A DNA stretch of 64,000 bases from Azolla caroliniana (taxonomy: Eukaryota; Plantae; Polypodiophyta): positions 24,366,001 to 24,430,000 of the forward strand of contig JBHGNT010000004.1 in the NCBI GenBank assembly GCA_043228905.1. The letters are read 5' to 3'. The translations under genes and the position numbers were made by a program. The notes below the pieces were generated by a model. That model was not told the origin of the DNA and ran no database searches. It saw nothing but the letters and a program-made list of their open reading frames with translations. Of the stretch, positions 1-13,100 are shown one piece after another. Positions within the stretch are counted from its first letter, which is position 1. The number at the start of each line of letters is the position of its first letter.

Positions 1-816
1 CTTTTTAATAACTTTGCTTATTTATTGTTGCACCATTTACATAAATGATTGTGGATTCTCTATTTTGAAGGCCCCATGAAATGCTTCATCTCTTGTATTA
101 TTGTGCTTGAGAAGTCTTAACTCAAGTTTCAAATGCTACCCAAGTGTGGCTCTTATTTGTTTGTGTAAAAGGTCTCTCATTCTCCTCTTAGTTGTAATGT
201 GTGGCTCCAAGCCAAGTTTTTCATCTCTTTCCAAGGTGATCCCTTTAAGGGAGCTCATTAGAGTTTAGTGTACTCGGTTTGGGCTTGTTGTGATGCATGC
301 CATATGCCCTCTATTGTTCGAATGGTTGTGGGAGTATCATATAAATCCACAATGAATGCATTAGTCTCTTTCAAGAGTCAAAACATGATGACAAACTTAT
401 TAGAATACTACAATTTTCCAAGAATTATGCATGTCTCATACTTAGTAGCATGAGCAAATTAAAAAATTGATCCACTTTATATCTATAACAAATGCAATAT
501 CCTCCTTACCATCAAAATACGATTACATGCTTTTTTCATGAAAATGTGCAATAAATATTTGAAGAGAAAGAGAAAGGTGTTACATGGATGTGGTGAATTT
601 CTTTAGGAAAAAGCTAACCATTGACAAGGTAATTACATGTACAAGAAACTTAGATGAAATGATGCTCTATCTGTCATGTAACCTAATTATGTGATTGTTC
701 TAGAATCCATATAGGATATTTTCATGCCCTTACATAATTGTAATTTGTAGTTGTTCAGGCTGCTGCTAATATTTTCGTGTCCTGTTAATAGCCTTGAAGG
801 AGAATAACAATGTATT

Positions 817-3800
817 TTACAAAAAGTAGTTGACATAGTCATCAAAATCTGTATGCAACATTTGTGGTTCTTGTGTTTGCCTACGTTGTTGGATTGTATT
901 TGATTGAAGGGACAAAATGAATGGAGCCATATGGCCAACCCTTTCTAATCTAGCTTGCTTTGTACTTGAGTGAAGCGATATCACTTCCTCTAGTTGATGA
1001 TGAATTTGATGTTTTTGATTAAAACGACCATCGTGGCATCTAGCTTCCTTGCAATATCCACATAAATCATAGCCTACTTTTTCACGGCAATCTCTACATC
1101 GATATCGTCTTCCCACAATTGGAAACATCTGCAATGCATGTCATATCATATAAATTATTAGTACACACACATTTCACATCAATATCTTTACAATCATTAG
1201 ATGTAGTATCAATTTAGTTATTCCATCACAAGAATAAGGTTTTACAACAACAAACATTGTTGGAACAAAGTGGCTGATTTGTTGAAGACAATAGGAATGT
1301 GTTTTTGTTTGTTTGTTTAAGGAATCATCTAAGTCTGTTTATAAAAACTTTTATTTCATAAAATTCCTTTTCAAACTCCTTTATTTCTTTACACAAAATG
1401 TTAGGTGTACCGTGTGTACATGTAACTCGTCTTTAAGAGCTAAATTTAACATAGGTGGTCTTCTTCTTTGCATTCTACATTGGCTTGCAATGGTAGATTA
1501 TGTGTGCAATGTGCACATTCAGTGGCCTTTAAGAATCGATGGCAAGGACTTCACTTATTTTCGGGTACAACTGCTGGTCCGAAGTGGAATTATGCCATAG
1601 CTTCTTTTATGTTGGATAGCTGATAGTATTGTTTTACTTGTTTTATATATGACATCATCAGTTTGATCAGATGCTTATACTAACTTTTGTATCTTACAAT
1701 AATAAGTGAGATGAAATGTCTCCTTCTGTTTTCTCTATGTATGTATAGTTTTCAAGTAATATATACTAAGGTGCATCTTTCATTTTTAAAAAAACAACAA
1801 ACCTCAAATTTTGTCAATAAACTTATGAAACGTACCCCACAATTGTCGCATCCCACTCCCTTGTGAATTAAATCAAGTTGTTCCTCTTCCACAAGACCAT
1901 CTACATGTATCCCATAAACAGAAAATATGGTGTCATAAGATTTACAAACAACAAGAAAAATGTTTAACGAAACTTGCAATTGCTCACAAGGTTACAAGGG
2001 ACAACACATAGGACTACATAGGATGAAATAGGTGAATAATTGTTGTGTAGGTGTAGGGGGGTTAGTAGCAAAGTTAATGTGCAGAGTGGTGTGTGACATA
2101 TGACATTGATTGGTCATTTACCATGTCAACATGTGCCCCATAGCAATAGGATGTTGAAGTTGGATTTGAAATAAACAACTGCGGAGAGAATCAAGATTCC
2201 AACCTTGAGGAATTGAGAATCTTCTAGGGCCTAACATATCAAGGTAACATAATGGGCCTAAGATAATCTTGATGGGGTGCTAACACTCAGTTGATTATGC
2301 CAAAGGAAATACCTACTCAGAAAGAGGCAAATGTTTCGAAATGGGATTTGTCCCATGTTGGGAATTGTTTGTAGATCTATATTAGGACAAAGGAAATTGT
2401 CCCCTAGGTTTGCCAATGGCATGGATTTCCTAATTATGACTAGAGACTCTTTAAAATTTTGATGGATAGGCTACTAGATAATTGAAGTGCAAGTGGGCAA
2501 GGTAGTGCTCCTAAGCTAAACCAAGGAGAAAAAATGAGGGAAACTGTAGTGAGAGAAAGAGAGACCCTACTATATTATAATTGATTCATCACAATGCATA
2601 AGGTTTCATCACATTCATATATAATACAATTTATTGAAGGGTAGGGATAGGCCCATGTATTATTGATGGCATATCATACTTCCTCAAATGCCACTCTTAT
2701 TTACCATAATTCTACAAATTCCATTCTAGTTTACTGAATTCCTGAAATACCACATAATTTAATAGGGTGCTTACAAAAACTACCACATTTTGAGAAGTAA
2801 TTATTATTTATAGGAAGGCACATTGATTTCCTCAATCACCAAACCACTTGTAGGTTTTAATTACCAATTAATAGTCCATGTTTCACTACTTTTCTCATAC
2901 TTCCATCAATCATATTATTGGGCCTTCAAAATTTTGAATATTAACCTTGAAGATTCAAATTTGCCAAATAATGCCTAGTAACTCTTGGAATTTGGTAAAT
3001 AAGAGTAGCACTCTAGGAATTATGGGGAGCGAAAGTACCATACTGATAATATCCCGGCTACAATTTACACTCACCATCAAGACTTGGACGATGTTTGGTA
3101 TCATCAAAAGTATCTTCAATGAAATGAGAAGACACCTCGTCTTTCCGTTGTTGATATTGGATTGGAAACCTCATTTGCAAGTAGTAATGTAGTTCCAAGC
3201 ATACATAGAGTGATGCCCTAGAATGGTGACACTCACAAGAAGGGCATTTATTTAACCGGATGGTGGAATTTTCAGTATTCAAGCATGACTCGCAAATTGC
3301 TACAAAGTTTCAAAAAATGTGTTAGTCTAGAAGCATATTTCTAGAAATAAAACACCTAACATACCATAGATTGTTCCAACACTTGGTTGTTTGGGCCCCA
3401 TACACTATGCCTATTGAGAAAAGGTGGTCAATGTTTAAAAAAAGGAAAAAACATGCCTATCGTTGTGCTTTTATTGCGGGAACAAAAATGTGAGTAAAAT
3501 CTTGTTTCTATCTATGTTTTGAGTCAAATTTTCAAATAATACAAAATTTATGAGTGCAAAAAGCCAACTTAATTGTTATTATGCCTTTCTAGAACATTTA
3601 TTTTTGTCTCAACATCACAATTATGAGGGTTCTACAATAACCCCAACAAAATCACGTTTTGTTCTAGATCATGCATGTCAAGATTTTATAGTGGTATCAT
3701 TGGTATGTAGATCTTATGAGTTGAAAGGCCAACAAACTGTAGATATTAGAAACTATCATCATGCACGAGATGGTGGGGTCATCACCTATATGATTGACAA

Positions 3801-5642
3801 CACCATTTTATGTAACAAAAGGCATGTGCCATCCCTAAGGTGATGCTATTTTTAATCTCAAAAGCCCCTCATGTTCTACATATACTAAGAGTTGTTCTTA
3901 GTGGCTCATTCTTTTCTATGAATTATATAAAATGAAATTAGAATTCACTCACGCTTTTTCCCTTTGGTCATTTAGAAGTATCTCCATGGTTCATTTCGAA
4001 ACTCATTTCAATAATTGAAGTAATAATGTAACACTTTCTTTTATGTAATTTAGTAATGTTAACTATACCAGTCTTAAACCACATGGGAAAATTGCTAGTT
4101 AATTAATTGAATGATGTTATTTTGTTTTATTTTGTTACAATAATGTGTGTGTGTGAGAGAGAGGTGTTGTAATTTACCTTCACCACAATTCAAGACTATC
4201 GGTCTATAGAGGAGTTTATCGCATAGTGCACATGGGAAGTCGTCCAAGGAAGGAGCAATGTCATTTGCCTTGTCTTTAACCATATGTTCCAAGGTGTTGG
4301 GTAGCATGGTAGGTTTCAAAACACGCAATGATGGATTGGCTCCAATTTCGTGCTCATGATTAATTATTTCTCTATGACAATCTATCTCCTTTGTTGATTG
4401 TTCATTTTTGGCATATATAGGAAACAAGTCAAACTTCTTTTTATGTGAATTAGATTGTTGATCAAGTTGCATGGATGTTGGTGTCTTATACACATCAATT
4501 AATGCTTGGTTGTACATTCCAAGGTTGCCCATTCTTGGTGAGAAAACTTGTAGTCTTTCCTCCATTCCAAGGTTGTCCATCCTTGGTGAGAAAACTTGTA
4601 GTTTTTCCTCCATTTCTATAAGATCATATTATATTTTTGAGAGAAAATAATATATTAGTGGAAGACTAACCTTAATTCATGCAAAAAACTCAAAACTTTA
4701 CCATTACAATTTCACCATGGAACTTCATTAATCATTTCGTGCATTGCAATGAAGAGGTCTAATAAAAATGCCTACCAAATAGAATTGGGAAGGTTACATT
4801 CTCTAGATAGAGGGTAAGTACATATAGAAATTGGCACTATTAACAAAGCAAATGATGGGTTGATGAATAAGTTTTATGCATTGTTTTTGTGAGGAAAATT
4901 GACAAATTTGTCGGACTCTTGACATCAGAAGTTCACTATAAGCAAGGTTTATTAACTAGGTTTGGTGGGGGGAAAACAATTTGTAGGTGCTAGGTACTTA
5001 AAAAGAACTTTTTTGTGAACTCACATGTTCTCCAAAATAGTCACATATTTATGACTTTCCCCAATCAAGGACTCGTATGAGTTATCTCACCTACCGAAGC
5101 TCATGGTGATGATTCTATGGCTCGAGTATGATGAACAATTATCAATGATATGGTTTATATGAAAAAGATACCTTGGGTTTCAAGAGCTCGAGCAAGGTAG
5201 TCGTGAGGGAATGCGATGTTAAGGAAGCGATGCAAGAGCGTGCAAACACGTGGGAAATGGATGTATGATCGTCTACACATCGGGCACTGTGACGGCTTCT
5301 TCGAATCCATTGCCTTGTGGACACACCAGAAACAAAACATGTGGCCACAGGCTAATAATATAAAGTTCATTACATTCAATACCCACAAAAGAACACAAAA
5401 AGAAGATTAGATGTGATGTATATATTTGTATACAACAAGAAGAAGAAGGAAAGGAGATATGGATGAATAATACTAACATTGGACGATGGGTTTGTAAGCT
5501 AAATCCCTGAGAGTGAAATAAAAAGTAAATTAGCATAGTTAACTTAAATTATTTATTTGTTTAAAAGCATTTTTTGATTTATTATTAAAGAGAAATCTTA
5601 CAAGCAAATCAAACATTGAAAGTTTTGTTGATGATTTTCCAT
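817..5642 (-). CDS. PRT1: PRT1-like N-degron E3 ubiquitin ligase (RING-RING-ZZ), 7 exons, ~429 aa
   Basis: Exons 5642-5602, 5506-5478, 5351-5172, 4615-4178, 3299-3075, 1900-1836, 1128-817; all GT-AG, total 1290 nt. RING1 CLICLDLAYKPIVQSCGHMFCFWC...CPMC; RING2 CALCDKLLYRPIVLNCGEAICESC...CPSC; ZZ domain HKGVGCDNCGMFPIVGRRYRCRDCREKVGYDLCGYC. This domain order is characteristic of plant PRT1. Confidence 0.9.
4518..4613 (-). repeat. 48-bp in-frame tandem duplication in PRT1 exon 4
   Basis: MEEKLQVFSPRMDNLG followed by MEERLQVFSPRMGNLG; the DNA copies are near-identical. Confidence 0.9.
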
Positions 5643-5656
5643 GAAATGTTTGCATA

Positions 5657-5713
5657 AGGAGGAGGAGGAGGAGGAGGAGGAGGAGGAGGAGGAGGAGGTG
5701 TGTGTGTGTGTGT
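5657..5713. repeat. (GGA)n + (TG)n microsatellite in PRT1 5' leader
   Basis: Directly visible just upstream of the ATG at 5642. Confidence 0.95.
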
Positions 5714-8700
5714 TTGAATAAGGAGACTTTATGTAATATATACAGATACAGATACAAAAACAACTAGCGAAGTGTGTGACCAATTAGGAACTCCTTGTGG
5801 TTAGCAAAAGGTTCTCTCCCCTTATAATTGTGTGGGTCATTTAGTGATGATTCATGATCATTTATATAGACATCTTTCTTAGTTGGAGAGGTCAAGGTTT
5901 GTGTATCAAACTTGACCAATGATGGATAAATGAAGGTATAAAAGTCTTATCATCTTCTAGTGTTTTTAAGGAATTCAAAATTTCATGCTTCTTTGTTAGG
6001 ATAGATGATTGTTGACCTTGTTATGTTCTCATAAATTACCCATTTTCCAAATTCTAGTTAGGATGCCACAAACTCTATACATGCAACCTTACGAGTCTAA
6101 TTGAGTCAAGTAAGCTTGACTTGACTTGACTGATGTTTTATTGGGAATATTCGTAAGAGCTCCTTTGTATGGTTGAGAATTTGTGAGTATTTTGAGTTTG
6201 TTTTTTTTTTTCCAAAATAAAGCTACTTTCCCATTTTGAGTTTGTTTTCCTTTTAGAAACATTAAAGTAATCATCAAACTACCATCATCCCCCCTTTCTA
6301 ATGAAAGTTGTTACAATACACTATTGAAATAAGGGAACCTATTATACAGATGGACTTTGTTCTTTATGAACCAAAATGTGAAGGTTCAATGGTATGTCCC
6401 CCGAATTCTACATTTTGAGGGGTTTAATGTTGTGAGCTCATGTTTCATATGACCACATTGTTGGGCTACAATATCATAAAATACATTTTGTTGTATGTTT
6501 CATTGAATGTTATATTTTCTTTGCAAAAAACGTTTCTTTTCTAATTGTCTAGATTTAGTAACACCACATAATGAGACGTTCTTTATGGCTATTTTGCTAT
6601 TAAGAAATGAATAGTTTCTCCATCGAATTGAAAATATAATAAAATCTACCTAATATAGAAGCTTCTAAAATGTGAAAATAAAGAACTTTGTCTTTCACGA
6701 TTGTAAACACTAGTCTCACAATTTAGGTCAAAAGAGAGTTGCTCGATACATATTATTCAATATCATCACCAAATGTGGTTGCTATGTGTTGGGTACATCT
6801 TGATTATGCAAATAGTAAACAAAATTATAATTCATGTCATTCAATTTCTAGAAGATTTGACCTGTGACCGCAACATTGAAATTATGTTGTTCATTCTTTA
6901 TCTTATCCTTCGTCGATTAATTGGTGGTATATGTACGTGTATATATAAAATACAAAAACTAAACTTCTATATTTATGCAAAATTTGAATGAATATACCAC
7001 TCTCGCCTCTTTACTTTTTACGAAGTGAAAGTTTGAATGTCCTTCCGAAACTATCCTTTACTTGATTTATTTTTCCAGAAAAAACACTACTTCGCATTAG
7101 TTAGCAAACAAATTACATCATAGACCACCAAAAATTCATCAACCCTCACTCTGGCCTTCTCACCAAAGTGGTCATAGTCCCGACTCCCCACCTCATTTTC
7201 AACAAAAGTATCCCAACAACTCTTATAACCTAGTAATTTGTACCATATCTATACATATTTACAGCACCTGGTCCTTGGTGGAAGCCATTGGCAGAAACAG
7301 CCATCAGGGTGCTTGGTAGTTATGTTGAGTTCACAACATAAAATTTTCATTCTAAAGCACAATGTTAGAGTCAGTAGAACATACACAAGAACACGACATC
7401 ATGTGTTAACCCATAGTGAGAAAGTGACTCCCTTTTAAATACTTTCTTATAACTTATTTAAATACTAAACTTCAAGCGGATAATGGTGTGGTTTGAACTT
7501 TGTGGTTTAGATATGGGTTGCAGTTCCCAATAATCCGTTCGATAATTTGTTCATTATAAAAACTTTTCTCTTAGAAAAAAATAGAAATAGAAATTTACAA
7601 GATAATATAATATTTGCCTTCCACTTAGAATTATTGCAACATCAAATCAAACATTTAGCACTAAACCATAATGTAAAAGCATTGAAAGTATACTTGTCAT
7701 TAGCATACACTTCAAAGGTTTAAGCTATCATCTCTCTTTCACTTTGAAAGATTCCCTCTATTTATCTAGGCTTTAGTGATCAATTTCCAATAATGATATT
7801 GATCATAGTAGAAGCACCTATGGAATGTGAGATTGACATTAAGTAATCACACATATGGCTCATGTACTTCTCAAACTATATATGTTATTGTCAAGATATT
7901 GTGGTTTTCTTCCTCTTTACTTTTAATGATAACATACACTATCTCTCTCTTAGTTAATGCACACAATGAGAATTGAATTGGTATCACATAGGTATAATTA
8001 TAAAGGTTTTAGGGAAATACTTTCATTGGCTTTGATCATTCCACCATAATGGTGTCTCTAAAGAGTATTAATGTGCATCTCTTCCTCACAAAACCTTGGT
8101 AGTTAATTCTAAAGCTAGTTTTCATGGTTTAAGGGTAGGAATCAGGATAAGTGGGGAACTAGTTACATGGGAGCGTGGGAGTTGGTACAAACCCATAAAG
8201 ACCAATGTGTAAGATGATTCGTTATCCTTACCAAAATCTACTTTCTTCTCAAGGTTTCTTCTTGAGAACCACCATATGGACATACCATCATTTACCTTTT
8301 TGTTAGTGAGACAAGTGAGAGTGAGTGTTAATCACTGTCTATCTACTTACTCACAAAGTTACTTCTAAAGCAAACTTACTCTTCAACTTAATCACACATA
8401 CAAGACAAGGCTTTAAACTTGAGGTGAATTAGAGTTTACCATGTTTTCATGCATTCGATAGACGAACAAAGGGGCAAGAATTCACCAACTTGGTCTATCT
8501 TTCATTAGTTCACGTAATATAATTATAAGTGATTAAGGATACAAAGATTAGGATTTTAACTTATAATTAGAGAAATGATTAAGGAGAGAGAGGCTTAATA
8601 TTTAGCTCTAGGGAGATATATCAAATGAGGAAGAACCCTTGTAGAAGGTTTATGACGTCACCTTTCTAGTTCTTCCTTATTTAACTAAATTAAAATTGTG

Positions 8701-9835
8701 TCTCTTTCACACATGTGAAGGTTTACCGATTTGTAAATATTATTATTTTGTCCCATTACAATGTTAGATTCTCTTTCTCTATATTGTCCCACTTATATAA
8801 TGAGTCTTCAACATATCCCTAGATTGTAGCATTGTTGGTGAGATATCTAAGAGATACTTAACACTACAACAGAGTGGTTGTTTGGGAGCCTAAAAAAGTG
8901 ACTAGCTATCCCTTTTATTACAACATCTTGAGATGTTGTCAAGATTTTGTAGATGAAGTAAACCATTCTTCCTTTGAATTCGTTTGTATCAATATCCAAG
9001 GCAAGGTGAATGTGACATTGATGATATTTTATGGTCTTCATTTGGGGTTGGTAAATGTGGTTAAACGTCCAGGCTTCCTTGATAGCAGATTTGTCACTTT
9101 TGGTGAGGAAAGGTATAACAACTTTTTGTTTATGATAAGTAGTAGTTGATAATGGTTCTACACGATGCCATGGAGAGGAGGGTCAAACAAGGACATGTTC
9201 ATATATGTGATGAAGTTGACCATAGTCGAATACTATTGATAGACTTTGCATGGATGAACTAAAGCTTATGTAGTGAGGTTCAAGTCAACCCAAACAATCA
9301 TATAAACATCTGCCCTTTGTAATAATGGTTGGTGATTATAATCCATCTATTCTTATTTTTACAGTGATGAATAAATTCCAACCAAACATTGTAAGGACTA
9401 ATGAGGAAACAATATTATCTATTGATGCATCCTCATGTTTTTGCACAATACTTAACAATATTTTGTCCATCAAAAGTTTTCTACTTTGATGGTGTCGAAG
9501 GATGAAACACTCTTTAATAAAGTATTAATTCTAATTGATGGTTAAAACGTAATAACTAATTATCAACACAAACACTCTTTAATAAAGTACCCCTTTCCAT
9601 AGTTTATTATTTCCCCAACTACCCCCTCAATTCACGCTCTTCATCAAACAACCACACGTACCACTCAAGAGGCAGAGGCAGAGGAAGAGGAGGAATAGAA
9701 ATTTAACTCGTTAAAAGGGTAATTCCTCGTGTAGCGTGTATGGACCCTCTTTCGGGCGGGCAGGCAGGCGGGCATTCATGGACATATAATGAGAATGGCG
9801 GGACATTTCGTGACAAGAAAGGAAAGTTCATGAGA

Positions 9836-9860
9836 GGGGGGGGGGGGGGGGGGGGGGGGG
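9836..9860 (+). repeat. G25 homopolymer upstream of the PPR gene
   Basis: 25 consecutive G, about 260 bp before the ATG at 10124. Confidence 0.9.
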
Positions 9861-10123
9861 TTAGTTTTTGTTATTTTGGTAAGCCTTTTTTCTCCTCATG
9901 TTTTGGGATGATCAACCTTAATGGTGGGCATTTGGGGAATTATGATAAATTAGGGAGAGAGAAAGAGAAGGGGTGGGGGGTATATTTGGTATTTCCAAAA
10001 ACCATGCTCTGTGTGTGCGTGCATATACATACATATGTATATAAATGGATGTATGGAAACAGAGAATTTCTTCCCTTGAGAAGCTGAAGAAATCTTATCC
10101 TCTTCGTGGTCCGAACCATCGCC

Positions 10124-13100
10124 ATGAAAACACTGCTGGAAGCTCCTCGCCACAGTCTCAGGTAAAAAGAAAAAAGCAGAAAGAGAAACACACTCCTCAA
10201 CTCTGTCTCTCTTTGCTTTCCTGTTTCTACATCTCTATCTCTCACACATTCACATGTATATATGACTTGTTGTGTTACTATGGAAATGACCCACCATTTC
10301 TTTCTTTCAGTTTTCCATCCACTATCAGAGAATCGGACCTTTCTAGGTCTTTTCTTGGTATTGTCAAGACCTCATCTCCATACATACCCGTGGATGATAT
10401 TCACGCCAGAGGACTCATTCTCATGCATTCTGCTGGACTGAAAGAAGCAACGCCAAATTTAGCTGAGGTGTCGAATAAGAAGACAAAGGTGAAGGCGAAG
10501 ATAGCATTGAAAGTGGGAAGAAGTAGTAAATTTAAGCCGAATTGTGATGAAGAAAACCAGTGGTCTTATGTGATGAAAGATATCGAAGAGACAGGATCGG
10601 TTTCGCTTGTTTTTGGAACTTATCGTAAATCTGGAAAACTTTCCAAGGAGATGGTTGTTGGCACTCTTATGCAATTCAAGAAGCTCAAAGACTGGAAATC
10701 AATTGTGGAGGTAAGCTTCTTTTTTGCTCCTTTACTCCCATATTTTGTTTTGTGCTCGAATGGTAGTACTTTTGTTGTTTTGTTATGATTCTGGTGATTA
10801 TGATTGGTGAATATGATGGGTTTTGTTAACCCTTAGGGTAGATGATTATGATGTGTGTTTGTCAGTTTTTCTTAGGATGGTCTTTGTTGAGCTCGAGTTA
10901 AGAATATACTAATGAAATGCACTTTAGGACATGGACTCTAGGAAATATAAGAATTGTAGGTAGTTGAGGAGTTCCAACGACATGACCTTGAATATGTGTT
11001 ATTGTATTTTCTTAAGTCCATTTGCTAAAGTTCAAGATTTAGGAAATATGAAGGGTTACAACCAAATTACCTCGAATGTGTCGCTATCACATTCGTAAAG
11101 TCCGTTTGCAGATCACATGTAGTCAGGGGGCTACAACCACATGACCTTACATCTGTTGTTCTCCAATTTCCAAAGTGTATTTCCTGATTTTACCGTTATC
11201 TTAAAGTTTAACAGATTTAGCTGCCAAAAGTTTAGTCTAATTGAGCGGGGAATTCTACTTTAACTTCAATGGAGCACATACTGTGAAGAATTTCTGTTAC
11301 CAAGTGGAAGTTCACAATACAGCACAATGAATTATATCATGACCATGCCAGTCCTAATTTTTTCAAGTTTATTCACTAATAGAATCATGATATTTTAGTA
11401 TGTAACATAATCTTTAGATTAAATAACCTTTTCCCATTTAAAATTTTGCACCAATTGGACTCCTACAATAAAATAAAGTGATGGTCAGATGCATCATGCA
11501 TTTAGATGCCCATCGTATAAGTTTAATCTATTCTCAATAGATTGTATAATTATGACAATATATAGAAATTATACTCCGAATCGATTGGAATGATTTCATA
11601 AATAAGGGGATGCCCTTGTTATAGTAATATGCTTTCTTTCTGGTTTATTGAGTAAAATGGCATCTTTACGAAGTGCTCTCTTTCTAGATATTGGAATGGC
11701 TCAAACAGCAGAATTGGTGGACATTCAGTGAGCTGGATTACAACCTCATTATTGCTGCATATGGAAAAATGGGTGAATATGAGAAAGTGCAGAAGATGAT
11801 GAAAAAAATGGAGGAGTCAGGTTTCAAACCGAACGTTGCATCTTATACATCTCTAATTGAAGCTTATGGCAGAAAAAAACTCTTTTCTGAGGCAGAGGGT
11901 ATCCTTGACAAAATGATGAAAGAAGGACCAAAACCTACCCAAATAACATATCAAACAATGATCGGAGCTTTTGTAAAGGTAGAAAAAACTAGACACAATT
12001 CTGGTCGTCCGAGATTGTTTTGACTCGCAGATTTTTATTGTCTTTTGGGTTTCGTTTTTGAATTAGGGTGAAAAATATGAAGATGCAGAGAGGTTATTCC
12101 AGAAGATTGAAGAAGAAAATATTGTTAAACCCGATCAAAAGATGTTCAACTTGATGATACATTCTTACGGGAAATGCGGAAAGGTAGAAGAAGCTGCAAA
12201 GCTATCAAGAAAGATGAAAGCCGTGGATGTTCCATTATCAGTCATAACCTTCAATACATTGCTTTCTTGTCAACCATCTGTGAAAGATACAGAGAGTGTC
12301 TTCCGACAGGTATTGGTCAAAGAGTTAACCCCAAGCCTTCTTATGTAGTTTAATCACATAGTTATTAATTCATCTCAATCATAAACTTGTAGAGACTGAT
12401 ATTAGAATTACAATTACAATTTTTATCGTCCATAAAGAGACCAATTTTGACCTATGGGACCAAAGTATACATGTGTTCTTGATATGTGTCTCCATCCTAA
12501 AAAGGGGTATTTATAAATTGAAGTACAAAGTCTCTATGTGTGACTAAAGCATACACATATGAGCTCAACCTTCTAGATTGTGTCTTAAGTATGGCACTTA
12601 AGTTATCACTCCCTCTTAGTATGTCAGCACATCTTGAACGAATTGCGCTATATGGCGAACATGTGAAGAGCAAGTGACATTCATCCTCTACCATGCCTTC
12701 ATTGCATACTTTACATGCTTTCAAATTCGTTACATTTTGATGCCATGATGCCAACTTCAATACCTAACCTGTGAGATCGAGTGCGAAGTAGCGTAAGGGC
12801 TCTATGAGCATTACAACTCATATTGGTAATGAGATAAGGTTGGATACAATCAATAGGCATTCTTGCTTTATATTGAGACCAACATTTGGGGTTGACATTT
12901 GCAATGTAGTATTCTAGCTTTGTCCTCTATGCATCTTCTCACTTCATCCTTAATGATTACACCAGCCTTTCCTCAATCATTACATACTACACAGTATCAC
13001 CCGAAAGGTCTAAAAGATTTTCCATACCCCATCTTCTAAACCATTTTCTTATGTCAACAACCCAACCGGATGAATACACTGTAGTGTTTGATTCATTATA

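Noticed and set aside
6300-9500. Possible gene or intact retroelement between PRT1 and the PPR gene
   Set aside because: Only short broken ORFs, with no recognisable domain or paired termini. Probably old repeat debris that I cannot classify.
10045-10788. 247-aa ORF as the PPR N-terminus
   Set aside because: Its ATG directly abuts a TATATAA box and it reads through a clear GT-AG intron (10162-10310). The ATG at 10124 splices in frame and is the better start.
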